A DNA stretch of 64,000 bases, from assembly GCA_020137815.1 (NCBI GenBank), contig CM035351.1:1-64000 (forward strand). Direction: 5' to 3'. Under the pieces are notes generated by a model. The model had not been told where the DNA came from, searched no databases, and was given only the letters and a program-made list of their open reading frames with translations. Positions 13,380 to 26,851 of this stretch are shown in pieces (position 1 is the first letter of the stretch; every line of letters begins with the position of its first letter). This DNA is from Hormiphora californensis (Eukaryota > Animalia > Ctenophora). The translations under genes and the position numbers were made by a program.

Positions 13380-14374
13380 ATGGCAGTTAGTTTCTCAGAC
13401 GATGAAAGATATGCTTTGCTTCCCGGTATCGCGGCCATGGCCAAAGATTGCTACTATTTCGAAAGGAAACATAACGTCGAGAAATTCGGGGAAGAAATCG
13501 AAAATTTAAGGTTATTAAAGAATAAAACACTAAACACTTTGCAAATTCTAGTAGAGTGAAATCATATTTCCTAATATTATCCCTTTGGGGACGATTGGGT
13601 CATAGTCGACAGGGGGCCTATCGTCCCCAAAGGGTTAATATAATCATATTTTGTTCGTCCCAACTATTTGATATAATAAATCCTTCTTTCAGAGTTGTTG
13701 AAAACCTATCGACCAAGAACCAAGTTCAGTATTCAGTTTATCGACTAAAAGTGCATGGATATGAAGGTTGTAAAGTGATGGCAATTAGGGGGACCAAGAC
13801 AGTTCGGTCGGTTGTTCAGGATATTGCACTACTAGATCCCGTTCAGATAATGCAACACTACTTCCCAGATACTTTTGGAGATGCAGAGCAGGAGAACTCC
13901 TGTGAGTTCCTCAGGGGCCTCATCAGTGATGTTGTCATGCCTGCAGTAAGGTCTATCCAGCCTGATTTTATCACAGGTCACTCTCTGGGCGGTGTGATGG
14001 CGGAGGTAGTATCTTCACACCTCAGAATTCCAGGTTTTTCGTTCAACTGTCCAGGTCCTGTGGGTCTCTTTACCGAGACAACTCTGCTTCACCCTGACCC
14101 TGATTACTGGAGGGGGGTGAAGTTTGAGGCGCACCTTAGGGAGTTCGATCCTGTATCCCTCACTAATCATGAGCACCATATCAACCCCCACCCAAAGTGG
14201 TACAAAGGAGCCAGTCATCACATGGACGATATGGTCATATCCATCCAGGGACAGTTCTCTACTTGGGTCGAGGCTGGGGCCTTCACCGCAGTCGCATCCC
14301 CTCTCTTATCTGTACACAGCAGGGGCGCCAAGAGGAAGTCCGGGGGTATTAAAAATATATTCAAGAAAAGTTGA
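13380..14374 (+). CDS. Class-3-lipase-like alpha/beta hydrolase, 2 exons (~270 aa)
   Basis: Exons 13380-13510 and 13693-14374 join in frame; AIRGT, GHSLGG, FNCPG, DPVS and HH motifs. Confidence 0.85.
13581..13638. mobile_element. ~55-bp palindromic piggyBac-like mini-element in the lipase intron
   Basis: ccctttggggacgat...atcgtccccaaaggg+TTAA. Confidence 0.6.
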
Positions 14375-15502
14375 ACACCCGTGCCATGAGTAGATCGTAA
14401 CAGCGCTGTATAAATTTTGCCTCCCCCCTTTATCTTTCCATCTCTCTTTCTCTGATCTCTTTCTCTCTCTCCATCTCTTTTTTTCTTTCTCTCTCTGATC
14501 TCTCTCTCCGACTCTCCATCTCTCCTTTTCTTTCTCTTTCGTCAATACCATTGCCCAGGGATTGCCATCTGTCACAAAAATATGACTATGACCTCTTTCT
14601 TGGTTTTGGTCTCCTTCGTAGGATCAGTGGTATCTGCGTTAGTAGTTCTAATTAAAGACCAGAGCCGATATTTCAGCCATCACCAACTTATCAGTGAGTT
14701 ATTACCAGCTGGCAGCTATAAAAATATTGTTTTTTGCAGTACAACTTTTCAATTCTTATTTCAGTGTCTATGGTTGGTGTAGTTGCGCTAAATGTCCTGC
14801 TCAACATGTTAACTTGTGTGTGTCTTTCTATTGTGGAGCGATAACAGGTTCAACAAGAAGAGACGTGTGTTTCCATCCATATGATACTCGTGAAGCGATT
14901 TCTACTTAATTTACTATGCTTATTAAATTTATGGTTTTTAAACTTGGTTAATTAAGGATACACTGTACATTTTGTACTAATTTTATTGTTTATTGTTATC
15001 AATCAAACGAGTTCTGATATTGAAAGGATATTTTTGCTAACAAGAATTATTGCATTATGTATTCATAATGCTGTGTTGCCCTGCCCTACCGTTTCACATG
15101 TCAGTGACATTGTCACTGCCAACAGGATCAAGGCTTGGTCATAATGTAATGTGAGATGCATACGATCTAGCTGTCAGTATACTTCTCACATAGCTTAGAG
15201 TTAGCTAACTCCCAATCACATGACACTTGCTAAGTGCTAACCAGCTTTTGACATTCCAACTTAACTACTTATCTAACATCCCACACTCGACTCGCAAGAT
15301 GAAAATGTGTATGTAACACGCGAAACGCAAGGCAGAGCATTTCATATTTTGTTGAGTGGTGCGCGCACACACGTCCATCAAACTGTGTCAATGAGGTGTT
15401 TGATGAAGGAGTAGCTCGTCACTGTGCGCGCGGCTCTAGTTGCTACACCGTTACCCTCGCAACGAAAGTGTGACCAAAAAATGTCCCTCTACCGATTAGT
15501 TA

Positions 15503-16820
15503 TAGTAGGGACGAATCTCTCACAAAAAGAAGTGGTTGACTCACTATTTGGTGAAAAGCAAATTCCGGTTGTAACCCACTAATTTTGACCCGCTGAACAC
15601 GATCCCGTCCATAGGTAAGCTCGCAAAATTGGAGAAAATGCTCAAAATGAACATTTTTGTTCATTCCAAACTCCAAAATTGAAGATAATTTTCAAAAGTG
15701 GCCTACAGTCAAGATATACACCAATTCCTACTATTTTCGAGCCGCTAAGAATGATGCTGGCCATGAAAATTTGATAGGATGTCAGGAACATGCCAAAAAT
15801 AGGTAAAATTTGTTAAAATTGAACAAAATTGGCAAAAATGTTAAAATTTGTCTCAGGAGGTCGGGAATGGTCGCAATTGTTCACAAATACCATCCTAGTC
15901 ATGTTAGAATAATGTAAGAGATTATATTTGGCCATTATGATGCTTTAATGACTCCTAATTAGTGAATAAATGACATAACTCATTGCGCATATAGCCGTTT
16001 TTGGCCATATGGCTATAGCCACTTAGGAATGGTTTAGAGACATTTCACTGGTGCCATTTTGTAGGCAATGGCCAAGTTATGGGGGGTCGACGTCGGACTT
16101 TTAAGCTCTATCTCCAACCGTTTAGCCGTTATTTGGCTTTAAAGGTGCTCAAAATGGGCAAAAAACGGTAAAAAGCCTGATTTTGAGCACCTTTAAAGCC
16201 AAATAACGGCTAAACGGTTGGAGATAGAGCTTAAAAGTCCGACGTCGACCCCCCATAACTTGGCCATTGCCTACAAAATGGCACCAGTGAAATGTCTCTA
16301 AACCATTCCTAAGTGGCTATAGCCATATGGCCAAAAACGGCTATATGCGCAATGAGTTATGTCATTTATTCACTAATTAGGAGTCATTAAAGCATCATAA
16401 TGGCCAAATATAATCTCTTACATTATTCTAACATGACTAGGATGGTATTTGTGAACAATTGCGACCATTCCCGACCTCCTGAGACAAATTTTAACATTTT
16501 TGCCAATTTTGTCCAATTTTAACCAATTTTACCCATTTTTGGCATGTTCCTGACATCCTATCAAATTTTCATGGCCAGCATCATTCTCAGCGGCTCGAAA
16601 ATAGTAGGAATTGGTGTATATCTTGACTGTAGGCCACTTTTGAAAATTATCTTCAATTTTGGAGTTGGGAGTGAACAAAATGTTCATTTTGAGCATTTTC
16701 TCCAATTTTGCGAGCTTACCTATGGACGGGATCGTGTTCAGCGGGTCAAAATTAGTGGGTTACAACCGGAATTTGCTTTTCACCAAATAGTGAGTCAAAA
16801 AATTAAGATTCGTCCCTACT
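15503..16820. mobile_element. Near-perfect ~1.3-kb foldback element
   Basis: Arms ~15540-16155 and ~16183-16797 almost identical in reverse complement; termini tagtagggacgaatct / agattcgtccctacta. Confidence 0.9.
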
Positions 16821-16860
16821 ATTAGTATACCAAAATGTCATTTTCGAATTCTAACCCTGC

Positions 16861-17073
16861 TAAAGTCGGATTTTTTGAAACTGTCACCCCCCTGAGTTTT
16901 TAAATTTCTTTAAATGACCATAAGTCTGGTTCCTGATGAGATAGAGACTTGAAATTTGGAGGTTATAAAGATCTTGCTAAGTTCTTCCGAACCTCCAAAT
17001 TTCAAGTCTCTATCTTATCAGGACCCGGAGATATGACAAATTTGTTATTTCAGTTTCAAAAAATCCGACTTTA
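16861..17073. mobile_element. Palindromic MITE
   Basis: taaagtcggattttttgaaactg / cagtttcaaaaaatccgacttta. Confidence 0.7.
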
Positions 17074-17479
17074 TGCCTTTTTACAAAGTAAAAAGGCATC
17101 CGGGTGAATGCCTTCGGCATTCACCCGGGCAGGGAAAAAATGTATGGAAAGAACTCCATGCCCTCTTTCCAACAAGCCTGAGATGAAGCAATTTGACCAA
17201 GAAATAGCAGAGTTATGACCAAAAACTTCCAGAGTATGTGAAAAGTGTGTGACTTTACCGCTAAAGTCACTCCAAACCACAGAATGACTGCGCGTCATAG
17301 ATTTGCGCGTTACAAAACGCGCGCGCGATTTGACTAATTGCATCCAGAAATTTCACTTTACAAAATTTTCACTTTCCTTTTTTTTCGTTTAAAGTTTTTA
17401 TTTTGGTCGAAAAAATCGTGTCTCAACGGTATTTTGACCTTCCATACGGACAATTGTCACTCATTCCATTGTTGTAAGA

Positions 17480-18502
17480 ATGGTAGAGGATAATGGGAGT
17501 AACTGGATTGTTAACGGAGCTCTCATTGCCTTAGCGGGTGGTGCAGTAGCGGTGACTGGCCTTGCCCTCTACGCTCGACACAAGTTAAAACCCCATGTAC
17601 ACTGGAACAACCCAAAGACATTGGAAGGTTTAACGGTCGTTGTGACAGGTGGGAATAGTGGAATCGGTGCGGCCACTGTGAGAGATCTTGCAAGGAGAAA
17701 TGCCAATGTGATCATTGCTTCACGCACGGCTGACTCCTCGAACGAACTGATAAATGAGATCAAGAAGAAATATCCCAATGCGAGTGTATCGTTCGGGCAT
17801 CTTGACCTTGCTAGTTTGGAGAGCGTTAAGGAATTTGTTGATGACCTGCCAGTCTCTAATGTGGACATGTTGGTTAACAATGCTGGTATTTGGGGATCAC
17901 CAGTTTCAACATGTCCTGATGGGGTGGAAACTACGTTTGGGGTCAATTACCTTGGCCCCTTTTACCTTACCAAACTACTGCTTCAAAAATATCATGTCCA
18001 AAGGGTTGTCAATGTCAGCTCGGGACTATACACTCAGGGTCATATTGATTGTAACAAATTAGAAAGTCTGCTGGAAGCACCAGAAAATCCAGATAAGAAG
18101 AAATACAAAGAAATGTATTCTACCAGTAAACTGGCTAACATCTACTTTACCCTCCAGCTAGCTGAGGAGTACCCCAACACTACCTCTCTCGCCCTACACC
18201 CGGGCCTAGTTTACACCAATCTTGCCCGATATATAAAAAGCAACAGTGTCATTTTGAAGTTTCTGGCAAAGTTGCTGCCCCTTATTATTAAAACGCCCGA
18301 GGAGGGTGCCATGACCAGCGTGTATTGCTGCGTAGAGGATGGCCTCGTGAGCGGGTCCTACTTTGGAGATTGTGAGAGGGAGGAATTGAAGCCCATCGCA
18401 ACTAACCGGGATACTCAGAAGAAGTTATGGGACTTTACAGTGAAATTATTGGACCATTACCCAAAAGGGGGATTCCAAAATGAAGGGGCTGGAAATGATT
18501 AA
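17480..18502 (+). CDS. Intronless short-chain dehydrogenase/reductase, RDH11-14-like (340 aa)
   Basis: N-terminal hydrophobic anchor, TGGNSGIG, NNAG, YSTSK (YxxxK), HPG. Confidence 0.95.
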   Translation: MVEDNGSNWIVNGALIALAGGAVAVTGLALYARHKLKPHVHWNNPKTLEGLTVVVTGGNSGIGAATVRDLARRNANVIIASRTADSSNELINEIKKKYPNASVSFGHLDLASLESVKEFVDDLPVSNVDMLVNNAGIWGSPVSTCPDGVETTFGVNYLGPFYLTKLLLQKYHVQRVVNVSSGLYTQGHIDCNKLESLLEAPENPDKKKYKEMYSTSKLANIYFTLQLAEEYPNTTSLALHPGLVYTNLARYIKSNSVILKFLAKLLPLIIKTPEEGAMTSVYCCVEDGLVSGSYFGDCEREELKPIATNRDTQKKLWDFTVKLLDHYPKGGFQNEGAGND

Positions 18503-18681
18503 ACAGTTCGATTGGTTGTGTATTAGTTTTCGGTAAAAAAATGATATTAATGATTTCACATTGCTAGTCTTCTCGACTTGAAAGATTAATCTTCAGATGC
18601 GATATTATTCCCAATATATTCAAATGTTTACTACCTCAAGTTTCATACATTCTATGTTTAATATCCCTGCAGCAGTACGCT

Positions 18682-20989
18682 ATGGCTGCAGCCAGTACAG
18701 GCATGGTCTCTGTGGAGCCTAAGAAGGGAGAAAAGGCGAACCTTCATCGACCCCTCATGACATTTATTATGGGGGCCTTTCCGGAACAGCAAGAGGTAAA
18801 TATTGGGGTGGGGTATTATACGGATTGGATTTATATGAGGCCCACCCTTCACTAGTATACATATCTACTGTTCTTAACCTTAATAATAATAATAATAATA
18901 ATAATATTCAAACTTATATCCTGCCCATATTCTACAGGGACAGCAGAGCTTTACAGATGCTGCCACTGGAGGAAACTCAGAGCAGTTAACTAACTCTTAA
19001 CCCAAATATAGAGACTCAAACAAAAAAAACGGTGGAAAAATCCAAATTATCCGGCTCACATAAGTGGAAAACAGATTAGGCTCATAACAGACCAAAATAG
19101 AAAAAAACTCGAAAAAAGGCCACAGGATATATGTCACCACTGTCACTTCATCACTCCAAATATAGACACAGATCAAATGTTCAGACAACAGATTCTGAAC
19201 AACTGGATAACTGAAAATCGGAATAAAATTACACACTCGTGCTTCACTCATGCTGCAAACCCATCGAATAAAGATCAGTTAAAAACTTGTCACGAGGTAA
19301 GATACAGACCTAAGTACAATACTTACGCTAGACAGTACAGCAGGATGGGAGGAGTAGGTACCGAGAAAAGATGTAGGCTGGAAAAAGGAAAAACAACCGA
19401 AACTAGCCTGATCCAAAGGCATCCACAAACAATCTTGTCTTTAACCCCGTTTTGAAAGATTCCACAGCAGGCCGAGATCGCAACTCAAGGGGGAGTGCAT
19501 TCCACAGATCTGGCAGGAGAACAGATGGTCTCCTTTTCCTCAGTTTAGAATTTGCATTAATGCTCAACAGCTTCGGGTACTGGAGCTTATAAGGGTCTGG
19601 AACAGCAGTCGATCTGGTACGGCAAGTAACATCAACGATATCTGTAGGTATTTGCTCAATGAGGTAATCTGGAGCACTTCCATGTACAATCTTATAGGCC
19701 ATGAGACAGGCCTTAAAGATCACCCGTTGCTCCACAGGGAGAATGTGGGTTTCTCTCATGTAAGGGAGGTAGTCCTCTTGATGACCGTGGAGTCCATAGA
19801 TAAACCTTATACAAGAGTTGAGCACTTTCTGTAACCGAGAGATGAGCTTCATTGGCAAACCTCCGTAGAGGACATTGCAGTAATCCAAGCAGGATATAAC
19901 CAGCTGCTTAACAAGAAGGATTCTGGTAGAGAAGTCCAGGCATCGGTGGACTTGCCATAAATTCCTCAGTAGCATTCCACAGTTTCTTCTGACACTGTTC
20001 ACCTGACGTTCCAATGTCAGGTTCTCATCCATATAAATACCCAGAGTCTTTCCGGTAGTACCTGTGAAGTCAACTGGGTAGATATCTGCATCCCCAAACC
20101 TAATACAGGGCTCAAAAGCCAGCTTGTCAATGGCACTGCTCTTCCCTAGAAGAAGGAGCTCCGTCTTCGACTCATTACACTTCAGCCAATGCTGAACCAT
20201 CCAAGTCTTGATCTGATCAAGACACTCTTCAACTTTCCTCCTCGTGATACTCCATCCACTTTCATCAAGAGGGACTAGACTCACATAGATTTGAGAGTCA
20301 TCCGCATAGAGTTTGATTTTGAGTCCATACTTGTGTACCAGATCCTGTAGTTCCTCAACATATAAAAGAAACAAAACCGGTCCGAGAAGGGACCCTTGTG
20401 GCACTCCACAAATCAAGTAGATAATCTTCGATAGTTCTCCTCTAACGTTGACTCTGAAGTTCCTCAGTCCAAGATAGCTAGTAAACCACTTGAGTGCTGT
20501 TCCTCTTATTCCAAATCTCCTTCTCAAAACATCCACAAGTTTAGCATGGTCAACCGTGTCGAACGCTGCACTCATGTCCAAAAGGAGTAGAGCTACAACA
20601 TTTCCCTTATCCATCTCCTGCAGTAGATCATCAAACATCCCCATGAGTAGAGTTTCACAGGAATGACCAACTCTATATCCTGACTGGTGAGAGTTGAGTA
20701 GGTCATTTTCATTCAGAGCGACACTATTTCATCTCCGACGTTGTTAAATAACTGTTTCAGGAGATGTCGATTGCTGTTGAAGACGTTGTTAAATAACTGT
20801 TTCAGGAGATGTCGATTGCTGTTGAAGACGTCGTTAAAATGAGGGAAAAGTGTTTGGCGGTGGAGCGGAGTGAAAAAGGTGCTGAGTCCCTTCTTCGTTA
20901 CTATCTTCAACTCGCATCTATGGACTGCAAACTACCAATCAATGAGAACCAGGTATAGTGTCTTTAGTGTCTTGTTTTCCTTTTCTTTG

Positions 20990-21073
<84 letters not shown>

Positions 21074-22186
21074 TGTCTCTATCTGTCGTTCATACATTTG
21101 AATGTTTTTCAGATCCATGTGACATTTACCTGGTATGATTCGTTCTATAAAGATAGTGTGTTCAGTGGAAAGAGGGGAAGTCAGGCAAATAGTCTCTTTG
21201 AGAGAGCCTGTGTGCTGTTCAACTATGGTGCAGTTAGTTCCCAGGTCGCTGCTAGTCAGAACCTTGACACGGATGATGGTCTAAAACTGGCTGCCAAGTA
21301 CTACCAGGTAAAGGGATATTATAGCCCCCCCCCCTGTCATAAAGGAATAGTATATCTTCTTGTCTAATTGGGTGTTTAACAGATAACTAGGTACCTCCCC
21401 CATTTAGATTGCATCTGGTGCTTTTGCCCAATTGAGAGACAGGATTGTGCCGACGATGCAGAAGGTTCCCACGCCTGATCTTAGTCCTGAGGTGTTGGCA
21501 GGCCTAACAATTCTAATGCAGGCACAGGCGCAGGAGTGTATTCTAACCAAGGCTGTTGCTGACAAAATGAAAGAGAAGGTAAATAATGAAATAATGGGAA
21601 TAATGTTTAGTAACATATTAGTGACATATTAGTAACCAGAAGATTAGTAACATATTAGTGACATATATTAGTAACCAGAAGATTAGTAACAGATTACTAA
21701 CAGATACGTAGCATACTTTTCTGTGAAACATCTGCATCGGATGGTGGATATTCTAACCCCCCAATCCCCAGGTAACGTGTCGACTGGCGGCAGCAGCCTC
21801 TGACATGTATTCGGAGGCTTACAAAGCAATGTCTTCTGTCAATTTGAAGGGCACTTCATGGGACAAGTGGACTGCAATCTGCCTGGCTAAACAGAACTAT
21901 ATGAGTGGGCTAGCAGAGTTCTACCAGGTATTGAATAATTTTCTGATTAGGATTTAGTTCTTGTTATACTCATTCTTTAATTAATTCTCTATTTACAGTC
22001 AGTTAACGCTAAGGCCTCTAAACTGATCGGAGAGGAGTTAGCTAGATTGAAAGAGGCTGACAGGTTGATGAGTGATGCAGTAAAACAAAGTGGTGGAGCC
22101 TTCGAGTGCAAGGTTATCAATCATAGCAATCACAATTATATTCCCTCTCTCTATCTCTCTCCCTCTCTCTCCGCTCACTCTCTCTC

Positions 22187-22222
<36 letters not shown>

Positions 22223-22224
22223 TC

Positions 22225-22278
<54 letters not shown>

Positions 22279-22294
22279 TCTCTCTCTCCCTCCT

Positions 22295-22334
<40 letters not shown>

Positions 22335-25300
22335 CTCTCTCTCTACCTCACACACCCCTACTGCAGGATACTGCGTCCAAAGTTAACAGAGCCATGGCCG
22401 CAGCTAATAAAGACAATGATTTTATCTACCACGAGCGGATCCCAGCTCACGCTGATCTAGGGGCTATAGGAAGGGCTCCTGTTGCTAAACCCACCGCCCT
22501 GCCCACTACTGTTGAGGGGTGGAGTGATGTATTCACCAAGCTGGTACCTCTTAATGTACAACAAGCAGCCACTATGTACTCCTCCAGACGAGATCACCTG
22601 GTTCACATGGAGGTTAACAAGCTAAAAGAGGCCACTAACCAACTTAACGGGTATAACACACAATGTAATATAGGGGTTATACATTGTATACATGTGTGAT
22701 GTGAGAAGGACTAGGATCACACTCCCCTCCCCCTACACACTTTTCACTTGTCGTTCTTCCCAGTGTACTAAATCAGATGAACATGCCCGCTGCATTGGAA
22801 GACCTGACTGGCAAGGAGATACCTGTGTCTCTACTTGAGAAATCAGCAGATCAGAGGGGGAAGGGAGGTCTTATGTTGCTGAGACAGATGTTTGATGAGT
22901 TGCCCCAACTTCTTCAACGGAATGAGGAAATACTTCGTGAGTCAAATCACTATCAAATCACTATAAATACCACTCATCACGACCTGTAGACACCGTCCGA
23001 GACCCTCCCCTTCCCACACCCCCTTCCATAACCCCCCTCTATCTCCCACATCCCTCTATTATAGTCTATAACACACCCCCCTCTACCTCCAATACCCTCT
23101 ATAACACACCCCCCTCTACACCCCACCTATTCTATAACAACACCCCCTCTACACCCCACCTATTCTATAACAACACCCCCCTCTACACCCCACCTATTCT
23201 ATAACAACACCCCCTCTACACCCCACCTATTCTATAACAACACCCCCTCTACACCCCACCTATTCTATAACAACACCCCCCTTCTACACCCCAATACCCT
23301 CCATAACACCCCCCCCCCCCCTCTACACCCCAATACCCTCTATAACAACACCCCCTCTACACCCCACCTATTCTATAACAACACCCCCTCTACACCCCAA
23401 TATCATCCATAACACCCCCCCCCCTCTACACCCCAATACCCTCTATAACACCCCCTTCTACACCCCACCTATTCTATAACAACACCCCCTCTACACCCCA
23501 CCTATTCTATAACAACACCCCCTCTACACCCCACCTATTCTATCACAACACCCCTTTCTACACCTCACCTATTCTATAATAACAACAGCCCCTCTACACC
23601 CCAATATCCTCCATAACACCCCCTTCTACACCCCAGGCGAAACAATTATAACGATGGATGAAGAAGAAGGGAGTGACAAACACCTGAGAGGAACATTTGG
23701 AGCCAAATGGAACCGAACGAAGAGTGAGGATCTAAACAAGAAATTCCGAGAACAGGCCAAGAAATACCAGGTTTAATTGTCGGGCTGTCCAGTGTTCAGT
23801 GTTACATAGTGAGTTAGTATGATCTCACCCTCCCCCCTGAGATCACACAACACTTGTAAAACTTGTAATATGAATACCCTTTTCTAATCTTTGCAGGACA
23901 TTTTGACAAACGCCCGAAATGCTGACAAGATTGTGCGAGATAAATTCGAGGGGAATCTTCGGGCCATTGATATTATGTCCAAGGATGAGGTGAGAGAAAG
24001 ATAGATAGAGATAGAGACGAAGATAGAGAGATTGTTAGCTTGAGAAAGATAGAGATCATGACAAGTGTATGCTTACACTCGATACACTTATTAGTGTTTA
24101 CAATACCAACCGGCTTTGTGAACCAGGTCTTAGTGAAAAAGTGACGAGACGCGCACTCCATTGAACGCGCGATTGTGGAAAGTGCATTTTTCAGCAGTGT
24201 GTTAGTAGACCCCTGTGAAATATGATCAACATGATCAAATCTCTTCTTCCCTTTTCTCTGAGCTGAGTTACACTGTATACAGTCTACTTGACAGCAATAT
24301 TAGCACACTCTATCATCAGATACACTACATCTTAAGCAATATGCCACAAAGGTAGAGAGAGAGATTTCCAACTTCCATGACCTCTGACCTAAAAGTAATA
24401 ACTGTTATCTAATTCCCTCTCTCAGAGTGCCATTATCGACAGTATTCCCGCGGGAGGGGCCCACTCCCTGTCGAGTGAGGGGCAGAAAGCAGTGGCCTCC
24501 TTGAAATCCTTCATGGATCAGGTGAAACTATTGAAGGCCGAGAGAGACGCGTTGGAGGGAAAGTTTAAATCAGGAGGAGATGTAGAGGATATAAGTAAGT
24601 CTTACTAAACATCCTCCACAGTTTTACCAGATCTATAATCTGAATCCTTCCTCAGTTGCTAAATTCTCTGCGCTGAACACCGAGTCTAATCTATTTAATG
24701 ACGAAGGATTGAGTAGTGAGCAACTAGAGAAAGTATATGGACCTCTCCAAGCCGCAGTAGTGGACAGCATCAAACAGCAGGATGAACTTATTGCAAAGAT
24801 AACTGTAAGATGTTGTGATGATTTGTATTGCTATAACAGTACAGCACTACTACACAGTTAAAAACACATAGTGCTGCACCATGTTTATTGTGTTAACTTC
24901 CACAGTGTGCCAATGACGAGTTTGTCCAGTCCCGTAGCGGTACCGCCACCGACCCCCGATCTGAAATGATGTCAGAACTAGCCAGAGGGTAACTAACACC
25001 ACCATCACCCCACCCCCCGCCACCTACCCCCCCCCCCCCCCCCCCATTGAACCAGTTTTTACTGATTTCAGTTAGAATGATGTTAACTGATGTCCCCTGT
25101 CAGGTACGATTCGTTCATAGAACTGCAGGGAAATTTAGCCGAGGGAACCAAATTCTATAACAACCTGACGAAGATACTTTCAACATTCCAGCAACATGTG
25201 GGCGACTTTGTGCTTGCAAGACAAACAGAGAAGGACGAGTTAATGAAGTAAGCAATTACCGGGGAGGGGTGGGGTAGTGTGTGGTGGAGGGGGATATTTG

Positions 25301-26851
25301 GCGAGGGGTAGGGGGTTATGTGGCGAGGGGGAGGGGGGTTATGTGGCGAGGGGGTGGTGGGTTATGTGGGGAGGGGGAGGGGGTTATGTGGGGAGGGGGA
25401 TATGTGGCGAGGGGGTTATGTGGCGAGGGGGTTATGTGGAGAGGGGGTGGTGGGTTATGTGGGGAGGGGGAGGGGGTTATGTGGCGAGGGGGTGGTGGGT
25501 TACGTGGGGAGGGGGAGGTGGAGGGGTGGTGTTGGGGTTTGATGCCTCTAGAAAGATGTTAGAAAGATATATAATGATCCCTTACTTGTTCAACAAGTCT
25601 TGTTGATATCAAAACCATGTATAAAGGCCCTAATAATATTCCTCTCTCTCTCTAGGGCGCTTCAGGGCAACTTGGCGAGCAAGCAGCCTCCAGCTCGCCC
25701 AGACCCACCTAAATTCCATCAAGACGCCGCTCAGACCAGTGCAGCAGGTGAGTTGTGTACATACTTCCTTGTATGTCTGTATGTGAGTAATGAAGACGTG
25801 TGTTACAAAATGTGTGTATATAGTGTGTAACTAGTATTTGTTTAACTAAATGAGTTGTAAAATGTGTAACCGTTACAGCTGCTGCGGTAGTCCCTCAACA
25901 AGTCCCTTCCCCGCAATACACTTCTATCGCACCTCAATCCGGTAACATAGTGCATGCGGTATAATAATACACAGCTATCAGTATGTCTTCACACAGCTAC
26001 CAGCATGTCATCACACAGCCACCCAGCATGTCTTCACACAGCTACCCAGCATGTCTTCACACAGCTACCCAGCTTAAACCCACCACAGCATGAACCGCCA
26101 CTATTAATTCAAAGCATGCGCTTCTTTCCACAGTCTACCTGTACCTATACCTGTACCTATACCCAGAGATATATCTCCGAACCGAATATTGTCTCCCACA
26201 CAGCGCTCAACCAACACTTGCCTGACACTAATTCAAACACTGCATGGGTTCTTCCATATACTTCACACTCATAACAGCACACTAACGCGGCCCCATTTCC
26301 AGCCCCACCTCCAGCCAATATGCAGCACCAGCAGGCGAACCCCCAGGCACCGCCCCTTGCAACTCCTGGAGCGCCTCAATACTACGGTGCAGGTATTTTA
26401 TAGCATCCTTTCTATTGGGGGCAAATGATCGAACCCTATGTGTATGAGACTCATTGAGACATATAATATGGTTACCCTTGGGCAGCTACTAGCCTCGGCT
26501 CCTTGGTGTCGGGCAAGTTTCCTCTTCATGAAATACCTATTTGCACCTTCTTTTATTTGTTGTATAATTGTTGATTTCCCTGTGGTGTATCTTGATTTGT
26601 TGCTCTCTCTAATTTCAGCTAACCCACACTCCCACACAGGAGGTTATCAGCCCGCTTATGGGATGCAATACCAGATGCCCCCGATGCCTCAATATGCAGG
26701 ATACTACACCTACCCTCCTCCAGGACAACAATATCCACCCCAACAACAGCAGTATCCTCCTGGCCAATATCCCCCTCAGGCAGCCTATCCCCCGGGGCAG
26801 TATCCTCAATACCCACCGGGTCAATACCCCCCTTACACCGGGCCAAAATAA
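18682..26851 (+). CDS. PDCD6IP: ALIX / programmed cell death 6-interacting protein (Bro1, V and Pro-rich domains), 18 exons, ~867 aa
   Basis: Exons 18682-18795, 20806-20952, 21113-21307, 21408-21578, 21772-21927, 21999-22112, 22367-22650, 22764-22936, 23637-23770, 23897-23989, 24426-24594, 24656-24804, 24906-24988, 25104-25247, 25656-25747, 25879-25941, 26303-26392, 26619-26851 splice in frame; [37 protein letters not shown] and a YPPGQ tail. Confidence 0.93.
18881..20712 (-). mobile_element. 5'-truncated CR1/L2-group LINE in ALIX intron 1, antisense
   Basis: RT ORF 20644-19403 ([26 protein letters not shown]), 3' UTR and (ATT)n tail at 18881-18907. Confidence 0.92.
23065..23635. repeat. C-rich ~31-bp intronic minisatellite
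   Basis: ctctacaccccacctattctataacaacaccc units. Confidence 0.9.
25260..25535. repeat. G-rich intronic minisatellite
   Basis: ggggttatgtggcgagggg units. Confidence 0.85.

Noticed and set aside
13556-13692. N-terminus of the 272-aa ORF in the track
   Set aside because: Intronic read-through; the better start is the exon at 13380
16930-16960. ctgatga...gaaa hammerhead-like string
   Set aside because: No stem I/II/III pairing; part of a recurrent MITE motif gagatagagacttgaaattt
22038-22460. ORFs rich in SL/ER dipeptides (also ~9500, 32000, 33700, 46100, 57700, 60500)
   Set aside because: Translations of (CT)n/(GA)n microsatellites
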